Origin: Gemmatimonadota bacterium
GTDB lineage: Bacteria; Gemmatimonadota; Gemmatimonadetes; Gemmatimonadales; GWC2-71-9
DNA length: 64,000 nt
Assembly: GCA_031394255.1 (NCBI GenBank)
Contig: JANMXA010000042.1
Location: forward strand, 25,505 to 89,504
Reading direction: 5' to 3'
The notes below the pieces were generated by a model. The model saw only the letters and a program-made list of their open reading frames with translations. It ran no database searches and had not been told where the DNA came from. Position numbers and translations under genes: made by a program. Shown one piece after another: positions 47,531 to 57,347 of this stretch; position 1 is the stretch's first letter, and every line of letters begins with the position of its first letter.

Positions 47531-48850
47531 TCAGGTCGCCCGAACCCAGCGAAAAATGTCCTTGAACGAAGCCCGCTTTCCATACATCAAAATGCCGACC
47601 CGGTAGACGCGCGCCGTCACCCAAACGATCATGAGCAGGCCGACGATCATCGTAGCGACATATAGCAGCAACTCCGGCAGGGGAATCCGGGCGATCGAAT
47701 ACCGAACCGGGACGACAAAGGGGGCAAGCGGCGGAATGAGGCTCGCCGCCTTCGCGAACGAGCTGGTGGGATCCCGTAACAGGGCAAAGGCGCTGAACCA
47801 TCCAGCGATCGTCATCACCATGACCGGCGTTTGCAGCTGCTGGGCCTCCTGGACCGTGTTGCACATCGACCCAATCGCTGCATAGACCGATGAGTAGAAG
47901 AGGAACCCCAGAACGAAGAAGCCAAGGAACACCACCACAAGCCACGGATCCATGGTCGGGAGAATCGATGCGATCCCGCTCCCGGCACTCGCCACGCCGA
48001 AGATTCCCAGGATCTTGGCCTGGTTCTGCTGCAGCAGGAGAAACGCCCCGGCCCAGATGCCTAGCTGTAACAGACTGACCATGCCGACGCCGACCACCTT
48101 CCCCAGCATCATCTGGAAAGGGGTCAGACTGGATACCAGCACCTCGACGATACGGTTCGACTTCTCCTCGATGACGGAAGTCATGACCTGAGTCCCGTAA
48201 AGGACGAGGGCCATATACAGGATGATTCCCATGGCATACGCAAGCAGGAAAGTGCTCGCGCCGGACTCGGCCGTGAGTTTGCCCTCGGCGACCTTCCTCG
48301 TATCAAGATCAATCGGCGCCGCTGCTCGCATCGCGACGGCCGGATCCACCCCGACCGACCGAAGCCTCTCGGAGATCATCAAGGGCGTCAGGCTGGAGCG
48401 GAGCTGCCGCATGTCCTCCATACTCCCGACATTCTTGCCGTAATACCGCAGCTTGCCGGTCGTCACTGATCCCTCGTCCACGATCAGCAAACCATCCAGA
48501 TTCCCTGCGTTCTTCTTCGACAGGCCGGTCTTCAGTACCAGTGAATCCACCACATCCTGTACCCGGCCGACCGCCGCCACCCGCACTGATGCGTACACCG
48601 GCTTCCCGTTTGGCCCATCCCCCGTCCTGGCTGCGGCAAGAACCGTCTCGATTCGCCCACCGAAGGCCTCCGCGGTCCCGTCCACTATGACGACTCGCTG
48701 CCCGGCGCTCCCACGACTCAGCAGCAGCCCAGGAACGATGGCCATCGCTCCGAAAAAGATCGGGCCGAGGACCGTGCCGATGATGAAGGCCTTGGTTCGG
48801 ACTCGTTCAACGAACTCACGCCGTATGACGGCAACTGTCTTCCGTAGCAT
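47531..48850 (-). CDS. ABC-2 type transporter permease (NatB-like)
   Basis: The track ORF 47531-48979 was trimmed to ATG 48850 (MLRKTVAVIRREFVERVRTKAF). One N-terminal TM helix, a large extracytoplasmic loop and a C-terminal cluster of TM helices. Confidence 0.8.
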   Translation of the reverse strand: MLRKTVAVIRREFVERVRTKAFIIGTVLGPIFFGAMAIVPGLLLSRGSAGQRVVIVDGTAEAFGGRIETVLAAARTGDGPNGKPVYASVRVAAVGRVQDVVDSLVLKTGLSKKNAGNLDGLLIVDEGSVTTGKLRYYGKNVGSMEDMRQLRSSLTPLMISERLRSVGVDPAVAMRAAAPIDLDTRKVAEGKLTAESGASTFLLAYAMGIILYMALVLYGTQVMTSVIEEKSNRIVEVLVSSLTPFQMMLGKVVGVGMVSLLQLGIWAGAFLLLQQNQAKILGIFGVASAGSGIASILPTMDPWLVVVFLGFFVLGFLFYSSVYAAIGSMCNTVQEAQQLQTPVMVMTIAGWFSAFALLRDPTSSFAKAASLIPPLAPFVVPVRYSIARIPLPELLLYVATMIVGLLMIVWVTARVYRVGILMYGKRASFKDIFRWVRAT

Positions 48851-48864
48851 TGTGTCGCATCTCC

Positions 48865-49833
48865 TCAGTTTCCGTCGGTGATCGCGGCAGGCCGCGCGCC
48901 GTCCACGCCGACCTTCGCGATGAAAATGGACTGCAGCGACGCCTCGGCCACCTCGAATCGCGAGAGTCCCACATCGCACCCGACCAGCGCCCGCAACAAC
49001 GCCTCCGGACTGGCCCCGGCCGTCAGCTCAACCTCTGCCGTTGCTCCTCGGTCATTGACCCCTTTGACCAGGCTCGCATCCTCGAATACCGGCCGGGCCG
49101 CATCACTGTTCCTCGAGAAAGTGATCGCGACATGCCGCCCACCGAACTCGCGCTTGATGTCCGCGAGAGCCCCATCCACCACCTTGGCGCCGTGCGCGAT
49201 AATCGCGATACGGTCACACATCTGCTCCGCGTGCTCCATGATGTGAGTGGAAAACAGAACCGTTCGCCCACCCCGAGCCACTTCCACAACCACATCCCGC
49301 ATCACCTGACTGTTGACTGGATCGAGCCCGCTGAAGGGCTCATCGAGGATGACCAGTTCCGGATCGTGAAGGAGGGTCCCGATGAACTGGACTTTCTGCT
49401 GCATCCCTTTCGAAAGATCCTCGACCTTGTGATTGGTCCAGTCACCCAGGTCGAGCCTCGACAGCCAGTGCAAGGCCTTCGCCCGACCCTCCCCGCGGCG
49501 AAGCCCTTTCGTCTCGGCGAAAAAGATCAACTGGTCCAACACCTTCATCTTCTTGTAGAGACCACGTTCCTCAGGCAGGAACCCGATCCGTTCCGAAAGG
49601 GCGCGACCACCCGCCGTCGTGCCGAACAATGAGACCCTCCCCTCGTCCGGCATGATGATGTTCATGATCATCCGGATCGTGGTGCTCTTGCCGGCTCCAT
49701 TGGGTCCGAGAAGCCCAAAAATTCCCCCCTTCGGAACCGAGAGCGTCAAATCACGAACCGCCGTATGCCCTGCGAACCGTTTCGTTACGCCCTCGACGGC
49801 GATGACCGCCTCTCCCATTGTCCTGGCCTCCAT
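48865..49833 (-). CDS. ABC transporter ATP-binding protein (ABC-2/NatA-like)
   Basis: Walker A GPNGAGKST, signature LSKGMQQK and Walker B LVILDEPFSGLD. The start could instead be MGEAVI at 49818. Confidence 0.9.
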   Translation of the reverse strand: MEARTMGEAVIAVEGVTKRFAGHTAVRDLTLSVPKGGIFGLLGPNGAGKSTTIRMIMNIIMPDEGRVSLFGTTAGGRALSERIGFLPEERGLYKKMKVLDQLIFFAETKGLRRGEGRAKALHWLSRLDLGDWTNHKVEDLSKGMQQKVQFIGTLLHDPELVILDEPFSGLDPVNSQVMRDVVVEVARGGRTVLFSTHIMEHAEQMCDRIAIIAHGAKVVDGALADIKREFGGRHVAITFSRNSDAARPVFEDASLVKGVNDRGATAEVELTAGASPEALLRALVGCDVGLSRFEVAEASLQSIFIAKVGVDGARPAAITDGN

Positions 49834-49854
49834 AAGGTTTGTGAATCCCGACGG

Positions 49855-50061
49855 TCACCCCTCGGGCGATGGCTCCGGGCTGAAGATCCCTTCGATCGGC
49901 ATGCCGAACAGCCGGGCAACAGCAAAGGCCAGAGGCAGGCTCGGGTCGTACTTTCCGGTCTCGATCGCGTTCACCGTCTGCCGGGACACGCTGAGCCGCT
50001 CGGCTAAGTCGCCCTGCGACCACCCGTGCTCGGCCCGCAGAACCCTGAGGCGGTTCGTCAC
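49855..50061 (-). CDS. XRE-family helix-turn-helix transcriptional regulator (YozG-like, 68 aa)
   Basis: LRVLRAEHGWSQGDLAERLSVSRQTVNAIETGKYDPSLPLAFAVARLF is a classic Cro/C1 HTH of the short standalone type. Confidence 0.9.
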   Translation of the reverse strand: MTNRLRVLRAEHGWSQGDLAERLSVSRQTVNAIETGKYDPSLPLAFAVARLFGMPIEGIFSPEPSPEG

Positions 50062-50456
50062 CGATACTTCCGGCGAACCACCACAAGACCCAGGGACCAG
50101 AACACGAAAATCGCTAACCAGAGGAACGGGAATACCTGGCTCACGCGAAAATCCGGCACCAAACCTGCCTTGGCAAGCATCCCGTAGCTCATGACGAGAA
50201 TCCCGGTGGCGCCAAACTGCACCAGGATCGCCTCGTGGTGGATCATGCGCTCCAGCTCATCCAGATCCCTGAGCCAACGAGCGATCCGGAAGAAGAAGAA
50301 GACCAACGGCACAACCGGGATCAGTACGACAACCGGCCGCAGACCGGTCGGCAACGCGCCCCAGTGGTCCAGGGCCGAGACGGCGAGCGCCAAACCGGCG
50401 GACACCATCGCCAAGCCAAGTACCGATCGGGTGTACCGTGAGGTGGTCGGTCGCAT
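50058..50456 (-). CDS. Small membrane protein co-transcribed with the HTH regulator
   Basis: Trimmed to ATG 50456 (MRPTTSRYTRSVLGLAMVSAGLALAV), because the longer ORF to 50516 would begin inside the palindrome. Four hydrophobic helices. 4-nt overlap with the HTH gene. Confidence 0.6.
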   Translation of the reverse strand: MRPTTSRYTRSVLGLAMVSAGLALAVSALDHWGALPTGLRPVVVLIPVVPLVFFFFRIARWLRDLDELERMIHHEAILVQFGATGILVMSYGMLAKAGLVPDFRVSQVFPFLWLAIFVFWSLGLVVVRRKYR

Positions 50457-50490
50457 CCCAAGTTCCCTGTCGCTTTCGGACACGAAAACA

Positions 50491-50527
50491 GTAAAGCAAC
50501 ATTGACATATTGTCAATGTTGCTTTAC
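50491..50527. promoter_or_regulatory. Perfect 37-nt palindrome (17-nt arms, 3-nt centre), a candidate operator overlapping a promoter
   Basis: The sequence is GTAAAGCAACATTGACA-TAT-TGTCAATGTTGCTTTAC with no mismatch. Read on the minus strand, a TTGACA (50516-50511) is followed by 17 nt and then TACTGT (50493-50488). That places it about 30 nt upstream of the membrane protein/HTH/ABC-2 operon start. Confidence 0.55.
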
Positions 50528-50562
50528 ATGATAAACTCGGTCTGCCGCTCCGCGGCTACTGA

Positions 50563-50847
50563 TTATGGATCGCCTGGCGCCGCAAACCTGACCAGATCCC
50601 GGATCTCATTTGTCGGCACCACTAGATGCTTGTGAGCCGCTTGCACCCCGAATTTCCACTGTCGCCCGATCCATTCGGCAAACGGGGTACTACCAGACTC
50701 GTCGAACGCCGCGACGTCATGAAGCAGGACCCCCCGGGCACTGGTTTCATGGTACCGCCCGACGTATCGGCGCCCGTCAGCGCAGGTCACGAGCACCGTG
50801 ATCCCATGAAGGGCTTCATGCCCCGGATGAAATACGTGGCCGGACAC
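50563..50847 (-). CDS. Hypothetical small protein (94 aa), last gene of the suf cluster
   Basis: Starts 3 nt after the bacilliredoxin stop. The beta-rich segment ITVLVTCADGRRYVGRYHE...VLLHDV is vaguely Sm-fold-like. No family assigned. Confidence 0.45.
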   Translation of the reverse strand: MSGHVFHPGHEALHGITVLVTCADGRRYVGRYHETSARGVLLHDVAAFDESGSTPFAEWIGRQWKFGVQAAHKHLVVPTNEIRDLVRFAAPGDP

Positions 50848-50850
50848 GTA

Positions 50851-51273
50851 TCAAGCCGGGCAGTGCCGGTCAAACGCGACGCCCAGCTCCGCCGCGATCG
50901 CCTCTGGGCCTCGGCCCTCGATCTGATGACGGTGCATGAAATAGACGACCTCTCCGTCCTTGAGCAAGGCGATCGAAGGCGAGCTCGGCTGGTAGTCCGC
51001 GAAATAACTCCGGGCGCGTGCGGTCGCCTCGAGGTCCTGACCCGCGAAGACCGTGAACAAGCCCGCCGGCTTCACGGACCCCCGCAGCGCCAACGACAGG
51101 CCCGGTCGCGCGGAACCCGCCGCACAGCCACAAACCGAGTTCACGAACAGCAATTGCGTTCCTTGCGGATCGCCCAGAATGGCATCGACCTCCGCAACCG
51201 ACGTCAGTTCCTTCACCCCGTGCCGGACCAGCTCAGCCCGCATCGGGGCAACCAGTCGCTCATCATAAGGCAT
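50851..51273 (-). CDS. Bacilliredoxin BrxA/BrxB (YphP/YqiW, DUF1094) family thiol-disulfide oxidoreductase
   Basis: VAPMRAELV...LLFVNSVCGCAAGSARP...TVFAGQD.EAT...Y....PSSPSIALLKDGEVVYFMHRHQIEG aligns closely with Bacillus YphP by memory, including the CGC active site. Confidence 0.85.
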   Translation of the reverse strand: MPYDERLVAPMRAELVRHGVKELTSVAEVDAILGDPQGTQLLFVNSVCGCAAGSARPGLSLALRGSVKPAGLFTVFAGQDLEATARARSYFADYQPSSPSIALLKDGEVVYFMHRHQIEGRGPEAIAAELGVAFDRHCPA

Positions 51274-51748
51274 GCTTGGTCACACTCCCCTTTGCTCGTT
51301 CCGCGCCCTCATCGACCGCCTTCATCAAGGCATGCCAGGCGAGGGTCGCACATTTCACCCGGATTGGAAACGCGGCCACGCCCGCAAACGCACTGAGGCA
51401 GCCGAGGCTCTTCCGTGCCGCACTCTTGTCGCCTTCGTCGGCAGGGGCCCGGCCGGTCACCATCCGGCGGAACCGCTCGAACAGATGCTGCACTTCCTCA
51501 ACCGGCTTCCCCTTGATGATCGTGGTCATCATGGACGCAGAGGCCTTGGAAATAGCGCACCCTTGCCCCAGGAAAGCCACATCCGTCACCACACCATCGG
51601 CAACGGACACCCATACGTCGAACGTATCACCGCAGAGAGGATTCCGCCCCTCAGCGTGGCCGGAGGGCGACCCGATCTGCCGAAAATTCCGAGGCGCCCT
51701 GTTATGGTCCAGGATCAACGTCTGGTACAGGTCGTCCAGATCGCTCAT
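51263..51748 (-). CDS. sufU: SUF system NifU-family Fe-S cluster scaffold/sulfurtransferase SufU
   Basis: The track ORF 51263-51901 was trimmed to ATG 51748 (MSDLDDLYQTLILDHNRAPRN). Motifs NPLCGD, GQGCAIS and the C-terminal Cys (KCATL). The start overlaps the sufS stop (ATGA). Confidence 0.9.
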   Translation of the reverse strand: MSDLDDLYQTLILDHNRAPRNFRQIGSPSGHAEGRNPLCGDTFDVWVSVADGVVTDVAFLGQGCAISKASASMMTTIIKGKPVEEVQHLFERFRRMVTGRAPADEGDKSAARKSLGCLSAFAGVAAFPIRVKCATLAWHALMKAVDEGAERAKGSVTKHAL

Positions 51749-52998
51749 TGGCCAAACACTTTCTGGGCCCGCCTCACGCCGGCTACCAGGGCCGCCACGT
51801 CCTCCTCGATCGAGTACGGCCCGAACGACGCACGGACGGTAGCCGGGACCCCCAGCTTCGCCATCAGCGGCTGAGCGCAGTGATGGCCCGCGCGGACGCA
51901 AACACCACCGGCGTCCAGTGCGGTCCCAACGTCGTGAGGATGAACCCCGTCGACCGCAAACGTCACCACGCCAACCCGTTCCTGGGGGGCACCGAACACC
52001 GTAACGCCGCTCATCGCCGCCAACTCGCTCCGAGCCCGCTCGACCAGCCCAGCCTCAAAGCGCCCCAGAGCCTCCCAGTCCCACGCCCCGAGATACTCGA
52101 GCACCGCACCCAGCCCATACACTTCCCCGATCGGCGGCGTCCCTGCCTCAAACCGTGCTGGCGGGGGGGCGTACGTCGAGCGCTCAATAGACACCGAGCC
52201 GATCATGCCGCCCCCACCCTGCCACGGCGGCATTGCTTCGAGCAGGGCACGCCGCCCGTACAACAACCCGAGTCCGGTCGGCCCGAACAACTTGTGGACG
52301 GACACTGTGTAGAAATCACACCCCAGCGCGACAACGTCTACCGGCAAATGCGGCGCTCCCTGGGCACCGTCGACGACACAGACCGCGCCAACCTCATGGG
52401 CGAGGTCGGCAATTCGACGAACTGGGTTGACCGTACCCAGAACATTCGAGACATGGCATACTGCGACAACCCTCGTTTGGCCCGACCGGTTCCGGGCCAG
52501 CCAATCCAGGTCCAGATCACCCGAGCTGTCAATCGGAATGGCGCGGATCGTCGCGTTCGTCGCCTGGGCGACAAGTTGCCACGGCACCAGGTTCGAGTGG
52601 TGCTCCAGCTCTGAGACAAGGATCTCCCCGCCGCCCTTCCCCAGCCTCTGGCGACCGATGGTCTGGGCCACCAGGTTGAGGCTCGCGGTGGTACCGCCGG
52701 TAAAGACCGTCTCCCCGGGGGTCGCACCGAGAAACCTGGCCGCGGCCGCCCGCACATCCTCGAACCGTTCCGTCGCCTCCTGGCTCGGTGTGTGTACCCC
52801 ACGAGCAACATTCGCGCTGACATGGCGGTAATACTCGGACACCGCATCAACCATCAGCTGGGGCTTGAGCGCCGTGGCCGCGCTATCGAGATAGACGAGG
52901 GGGTTGCCGCGCAGGGCCCGCGCCAACATCGGGAACTCCGCCCGGACCCGCCCGCCGTCCCATACCGCGGTCCCGGCGGCTGGCTCGCCAACCCGCAT
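51745..52998 (-). CDS. sufS: Cysteine desulfurase SufS (class II)
   Basis: Motifs YLDSAATALKP, SELEHHSN, SVHKLFGPTG (PLP Lys) and RAGHHCAQP (catalytic Cys). Start chosen at MRVGE (52998); the longest ORF to 53034 would overlap sufD. Confidence 0.9.
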   Translation of the reverse strand: MRVGEPAAGTAVWDGGRVRAEFPMLARALRGNPLVYLDSAATALKPQLMVDAVSEYYRHVSANVARGVHTPSQEATERFEDVRAAAARFLGATPGETVFTGGTTASLNLVAQTIGRQRLGKGGGEILVSELEHHSNLVPWQLVAQATNATIRAIPIDSSGDLDLDWLARNRSGQTRVVAVCHVSNVLGTVNPVRRIADLAHEVGAVCVVDGAQGAPHLPVDVVALGCDFYTVSVHKLFGPTGLGLLYGRRALLEAMPPWQGGGGMIGSVSIERSTYAPPPARFEAGTPPIGEVYGLGAVLEYLGAWDWEALGRFEAGLVERARSELAAMSGVTVFGAPQERVGVVTFAVDGVHPHDVGTALDAGGVCVRAGHHCAQPLMAKLGVPATVRASFGPYSIEEDVAALVAGVRRAQKVFGQ

Positions 52999-53008
52999 CG
53001 CGTGCCTC

Positions 53009-54340
53009 CTACCGGTCCGAAGCGAGACGCCCATGAATCAACTGATCGAGCACGGTCCGCACCGGCTCGGCCGAAATCTCGTTGAGCACCTCGGCGGCGA
53101 ACGCATATGTCAGCAACTCACCGGCAACAACGTCGGGAATCCCCCGACTCGTGAGGTAGAACCGGGCCAGCGGATCCAGGTTGCCGACCGTGGCTCCATG
53201 GGTGCATTTCACATCGTCCGCAAAAATCTCCAGTTGCGGCTTGGTATCGATCCTGGCCGTATCGGACAACAACAACGCCCGATTCGTCTGTTTCGCATCG
53301 GTCTTCTGGGCAATTGGCTGGACGATGATCTTGCCGTTGAACACCCCATGAGCCCGGTCGGTGAGAATGCCCTTGTAGACTTCCCAGCTCCGGCAGTCCG
53401 GCTGGTCGTGAAAGATCGTCGTGTGATTGTCCACCAGTTGATCGCCGCGCCCGAAATACAGGCCGTACAAGAGTGCTTCCGCCCCGGACCCGCCCAGGCG
53501 CGAACGGAGGTCGTGGCGCGCGATCGCCCCACCGATCGCAAACGCGAATGACCGGAAATGACTGTCGGCGTCCTGGCGAACTTCCGTTACCCCCGTATGG
53601 AACGACGCCTCCGACTCCCGCTGAATCCGGGTGTGCTCGACCCAGGCACCGCGAGCGAGTCGGACGTCGCATACCGGGTTCGTCCAGTAGCGACCCGAGC
53701 CAGGCAGCCCGACATAGCTTTCGATCAGTTGGGCTCGGGCCCGGGCGCCGACCACCGCCAGCAACCGCGGGTGGGTTGCTGCGCCGTCAGCGCCGGGAGT
53801 GGTGACATGCAGAACATGGAGAGGCTCATCCATGATGGCTTCGTCGGCCAGACGAAGCACGGTCCCGTCAATCCCCAGGGCGGCATTCAGTGAGGCAAAC
53901 GATGTCACCGTGCGACCCGAGGCCTCGGCCAGATCAGACGCCACATGCTCGTCGCCGGATCGTACCGCCGATGCGAGGTTCGCGATCGCCAGGCCAGGCA
54001 CCGACGGCAGTCGGGACAACTCTGGCCGGAACCGACCATCGACCAGCACGAGGCGTGGCCAGTCCGTGCGACCGAACAAGAATGGCTCCAGATCGGCCAA
54101 GCCGACGGGGGCCGCACTGGCGGCAGGCCGGAACGCCGCCCGAATCAGGGGGGCGATGGGCGTAAAGCGCCATTCCTCGTCCTTCGGTCCCGGAAACCCC
54201 GACACCCTGAACTGTTCAATCGCATCAGCCTGCAGGGATCGGAACCAACCCGGCGCCGCCGCAACCCCCTGGGCGGAGGCGACCTCGTATTGGTGGAGGT
54301 AGTGCTCGATCACACCCGCTCCGGAGTACCAGTCAGCCAC
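53009..54340 (-). CDS. sufD: Fe-S cluster assembly protein SufD
   Basis: 443 aa. The C-terminal beta-helix region has NGKIIV...[42 protein letters not shown]. An alternative GTG start at 54313 would overlap the sufC stop by 4 nt. Confidence 0.9.
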   Translation of the reverse strand: MADWYSGAGVIEHYLHQYEVASAQGVAAAPGWFRSLQADAIEQFRVSGFPGPKDEEWRFTPIAPLIRAAFRPAASAAPVGLADLEPFLFGRTDWPRLVLVDGRFRPELSRLPSVPGLAIANLASAVRSGDEHVASDLAEASGRTVTSFASLNAALGIDGTVLRLADEAIMDEPLHVLHVTTPGADGAATHPRLLAVVGARARAQLIESYVGLPGSGRYWTNPVCDVRLARGAWVEHTRIQRESEASFHTGVTEVRQDADSHFRSFAFAIGGAIARHDLRSRLGGSGAEALLYGLYFGRGDQLVDNHTTIFHDQPDCRSWEVYKGILTDRAHGVFNGKIIVQPIAQKTDAKQTNRALLLSDTARIDTKPQLEIFADDVKCTHGATVGNLDPLARFYLTSRGIPDVVAGELLTYAFAAEVLNEISAEPVRTVLDQLIHGRLASDR

Positions 54341-55074
54341 TCATAGCCCCGGGCTTCGAGCTCGAGTGCCAACTCCTTGCCGCCCGTCTTGATTAACTGG
54401 CCGTCCGCCAGCACATGGACGATGTCGGGAATGATATGGTCCAAAAGCCGCTGATAATGGGTCACGACCACATAGGCGTTGTCGGGTCGTTTGAGGGCGT
54501 TGACTCCGTTCGCCACGATCCGAAGGGCATCGATATCCAGGCCGGAATCGGTTTCGTCCAGTAGCGCCAGCTTCGGCTCGAGGACGGCCATCTGAAGAAT
54601 CTCGTTCCGCTTCTTCTCGCCGCCCGAAAAACCCGCGTTGACCGCCCGCCGCATGATTTCGGGGCCCCACTCCACGAGCTTGAGCTTTTCCTCGAGAAGA
54701 TCGATGAAGTCGATCGGATCCATCTCCTCGAGCCCACGGGCCTTTCGCACCTCGTTGTAAGCCGCCCGCAAGAAATAGGCGTTTGTGAGGCCCGGGATTT
54801 CGACCGGATACTGGAATGCGAGGAATATGCCGGCCTGGGCCCGCTCCTCCGGAGGCATTTCGCCGATGTCGATCCCATCAAACCGGATCGTTCCCCCTGT
54901 GATCGCGTACGCCGGATGCCCGGAGATGACCTGGACCAGCGTACTCTTGCCGGATCCGTTCGGCCCCATGATCGCATGCACTTCACCCCGGTTCACGACG
55001 AGATCGATGCCCTTGAGAATGGGCTTGTCCCCGACGTTGGCCCGGAGGTCGCTGATTTCAAGTAGTGGTGCCAC
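54310..55074 (-). CDS. sufC: Fe-S cluster assembly ATPase SufC
   Basis: Walker [10 protein letters not shown], signature [13 protein letters not shown] and Walker [16 protein letters not shown]. Confidence 0.95.
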   Translation of the reverse strand: MAPLLEISDLRANVGDKPILKGIDLVVNRGEVHAIMGPNGSGKSTLVQVISGHPAYAITGGTIRFDGIDIGEMPPEERAQAGIFLAFQYPVEIPGLTNAYFLRAAYNEVRKARGLEEMDPIDFIDLLEEKLKLVEWGPEIMRRAVNAGFSGGEKKRNEILQMAVLEPKLALLDETDSGLDIDALRIVANGVNALKRPDNAYVVVTHYQRLLDHIIPDIVHVLADGQLIKTGGKELALELEARGYEWLTGTPERV

Positions 55075-55083
55075 GTTGACTCC

Positions 55084-56538
55084 CTATCCGACGCTTCCCT
55101 CGAGGCTGATCCCGAGCAATTTCTGAGCTTCCACGGCGAATTCCATCGGGAGCTCGCGGAAGACCTCTTTGCAAAATCCGTTGACGATCATCGAAATGGC
55201 GTTTTCCGTGTTCAAGCCGCGTTGCTTCAGATAGAAGATCTGGTCCTCACCGATTTTCGACGTCGACGCCTCGTGTTCGACAGCCGCGGTTCGGTTCTGA
55301 ACATCGATATACGGAAACGTGTGCGCCCCGCACCGATTTCCGATAAGCATCGAATCGCACTGGGTGTAGTTCCTCGCGCCGTCGGCCCGCGGCATCACCT
55401 TTACCTGACCGCGATAGCTGTTCTGGCCGCGCCCGGCCGAAATTCCCTTCGACACAACCGTGCTCTTCGTATTGCGGCCGATGTGAATCATCTTCGTTCC
55501 GGTGTCGGCCTGCTGGCGGGCATTCGTGACCGCCACCGAGTAGAACTCGCCGATGGAGTTGTCACCCTGCAGAATGACACTGGGGTATTTCCAGGTGATG
55601 GCGGAGCCGGTTTCGACCTGGGTCCAGGAAATCTTGGCGCCGGCACCGGCACATTTCCCGCGCTTGGTGACGAAATTGTAAATGCCACCCTTGCCGTCCT
55701 CGTCCCCGGCATACCAATTCTGGACGGTGGAGTACTTGATCGTCGCGCCGGCCATGGCCACCAGCTCCACCACCGCCGCATGCAGTTGATTCTCGTCCCG
55801 CTTGGGCGCCGTACAACCCTCCAGATAGCTGACGTACGACCCCTCATCGGCGACGATCAGAGTGCGTTCAAACTGGCCGGTATTCTGGGCGTTGATCCGG
55901 AAGTACGTCGACAGATCCATCGGGCATCGGACGCCCTTCGGGACGTAGACGAATGATCCGTCGCTGAACACGGCCGAATTCAGCGCCGCGAAGAAGTTGT
56001 CGCTCGCTGGGACCACGGAACCAAGGTAGCGCTCGATGAGATCCGGATACTCACGGACCGCTTCGGAAAATGAACAAAATATGATCCCCATCTCGCCCAG
56101 CTGCCGGCGATAGGTCGTACCCACCGAGACGCTGTCGAATACTGCGTCGACCGCGACCCCCGACAGGATCTTCTGTTCGGTCAGGGGGATGCCAAGCTTG
56201 TCGTACGCCTCCCTGATCTTGGGGTCGACCTCATCCAGGCTGCCAAGCGGCGCCTTGGTTCTGGGCGCGGCGTAATACACCATCCGTTGATAGTCGATCG
56301 GGGGGTACGTCACGTTCGGCCAATGGGGTTCTGTCATCTTGAGCCAACCCCGGTAGGCCCTGAGGCGCCATTCCAGCAGAAACGGCGGCTCGCCTTTCTT
56401 CGCCGATATAAGGCGAACCACGTCTTCGTCGAGACCAGCCGGAATCTGGTCAGTCTCGATGTCGGTTACAAAGCCCCATTTGTAGTCGCGATTGACTAAC
56501 GACTCGACAGACTCGCTCACGCGCCCTCCCTCGGACAA
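55084..56538 (-). CDS. sufB: Fe-S cluster assembly protein SufB
   Basis: Contains [13 protein letters not shown], ...[15 protein letters not shown]...YRG.V... and [20 protein letters not shown] start at 56538; an alternative GTG at 56520 is preceded by GGAGGG. Confidence 0.95.
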   Translation of the reverse strand: MSEGGRVSESVESLVNRDYKWGFVTDIETDQIPAGLDEDVVRLISAKKGEPPFLLEWRLRAYRGWLKMTEPHWPNVTYPPIDYQRMVYYAAPRTKAPLGSLDEVDPKIREAYDKLGIPLTEQKILSGVAVDAVFDSVSVGTTYRRQLGEMGIIFCSFSEAVREYPDLIERYLGSVVPASDNFFAALNSAVFSDGSFVYVPKGVRCPMDLSTYFRINAQNTGQFERTLIVADEGSYVSYLEGCTAPKRDENQLHAAVVELVAMAGATIKYSTVQNWYAGDEDGKGGIYNFVTKRGKCAGAGAKISWTQVETGSAITWKYPSVILQGDNSIGEFYSVAVTNARQQADTGTKMIHIGRNTKSTVVSKGISAGRGQNSYRGQVKVMPRADGARNYTQCDSMLIGNRCGAHTFPYIDVQNRTAAVEHEASTSKIGEDQIFYLKQRGLNTENAISMIVNGFCKEVFRELPMEFAVEAQKLLGISLEGSVG

Positions 56539-56556
56539 TCAGCTCTTCAACATTGA

Positions 56557-56585
56557 ATCCTAAGTGAAAAAGTCGGGATTGTCAA
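56557..56585 (-). promoter_or_regulatory. Candidate sigma70-type promoter of the suf operon
   Basis: On the minus strand, TTGACA (56585-56580), a 17-nt spacer and TAGGAT (56562-56557). It lies about 20-40 nt upstream of the sufB start candidates. Pattern match only. Confidence 0.4.
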
Positions 56586-56728
56586 ACAACCTGGGGTCGC
56601 AGACTCCAGCCGTCCAACGCCCGCTCCGTTCGGCCAAACCGATGATCGATAGTCGTAGTTTTAACAACTCCTTTAATAATTTCGAACGAGACTTGCGCAT
56701 TGCCGCGTCAATCCCTGTATTGGGAGCC

Positions 56729-57292
56729 ATGACGATCCACCGCATTCGCCTGCTTGGCGACCCAATTCTCAGGACCAAGTGCGCCACGATCTCCCATCCG
56801 GGCTCAGCTGCGGTTCGCATGATCGTCGACGACCTTCGCGAAACACTACGTGACTGGCAGTCCCGTTTTGGGACTGGGCGAGCCATCGCTGCCCCCCAAA
56901 TCGGAGCACCGGTCCGGATGGTCTACGTCGAAATGGATCGCCCCTGGCCACTGATCAATCCCGAAATCGTGGATATAGGCACGGAGGATTTCGTGGTGTG
57001 GGACGATTGTTTCTCGTTCCCCAACATGCTGGTCCGGGTCCAACGGGCCTATCGGGTTCGACTCAGGTACCAGGACATGCGGGGCGAAACCCACGAAATC
57101 GAACTCGAAGGGGATCGTGCGGAGCTGGTCCAGCACGAGGTGGATCACCTTGACGGCGTCTTGGCCGTTGACCGTGCGCACGGAACCGATCCGTTCTGCC
57201 TCCGCGAAGAGTGGAATCGATGGTACACGTCCACCGATCGGTGCAGCCCGCCCGAACCCCGAACCGAACACCTCCACAGCAGCATCCTCTGA
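56729..57292 (+). CDS. def: Peptide deformylase
   Basis: The track ORF 56564-57292 was trimmed to ATG 56729 (MTIHRIRLLGDPILR). Motif 1 is GRAIAAPQIG. Motif 2 is divergent (DDCFSFP) but retains the Cys. Motif 3 is QHEVDHLDG. Confidence 0.85.
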   Translation: MTIHRIRLLGDPILRTKCATISHPGSAAVRMIVDDLRETLRDWQSRFGTGRAIAAPQIGAPVRMVYVEMDRPWPLINPEIVDIGTEDFVVWDDCFSFPNMLVRVQRAYRVRLRYQDMRGETHEIELEGDRAELVQHEVDHLDGVLAVDRAHGTDPFCLREEWNRWYTSTDRCSPPEPRTEHLHSSIL

Positions 57293-57347
57293 GCCCCGAC
57301 CCAGCCGGCTGTGCAGCATTGACCTGACCCCAACCAGCGAGCCTTCA

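Noticed and set aside
50491-50527. Interpreting the 37-nt palindrome purely as an intrinsic terminator for the suf cluster.
   Set aside because: The stem is AT-rich with a 3-nt loop, and it is followed only by a weak T-run (TGTTTTCG). The embedded TTGACA-17 nt-TACTGT geometry and the adjacent HTH regulator fit an operator/promoter better. A dual role is not excluded.
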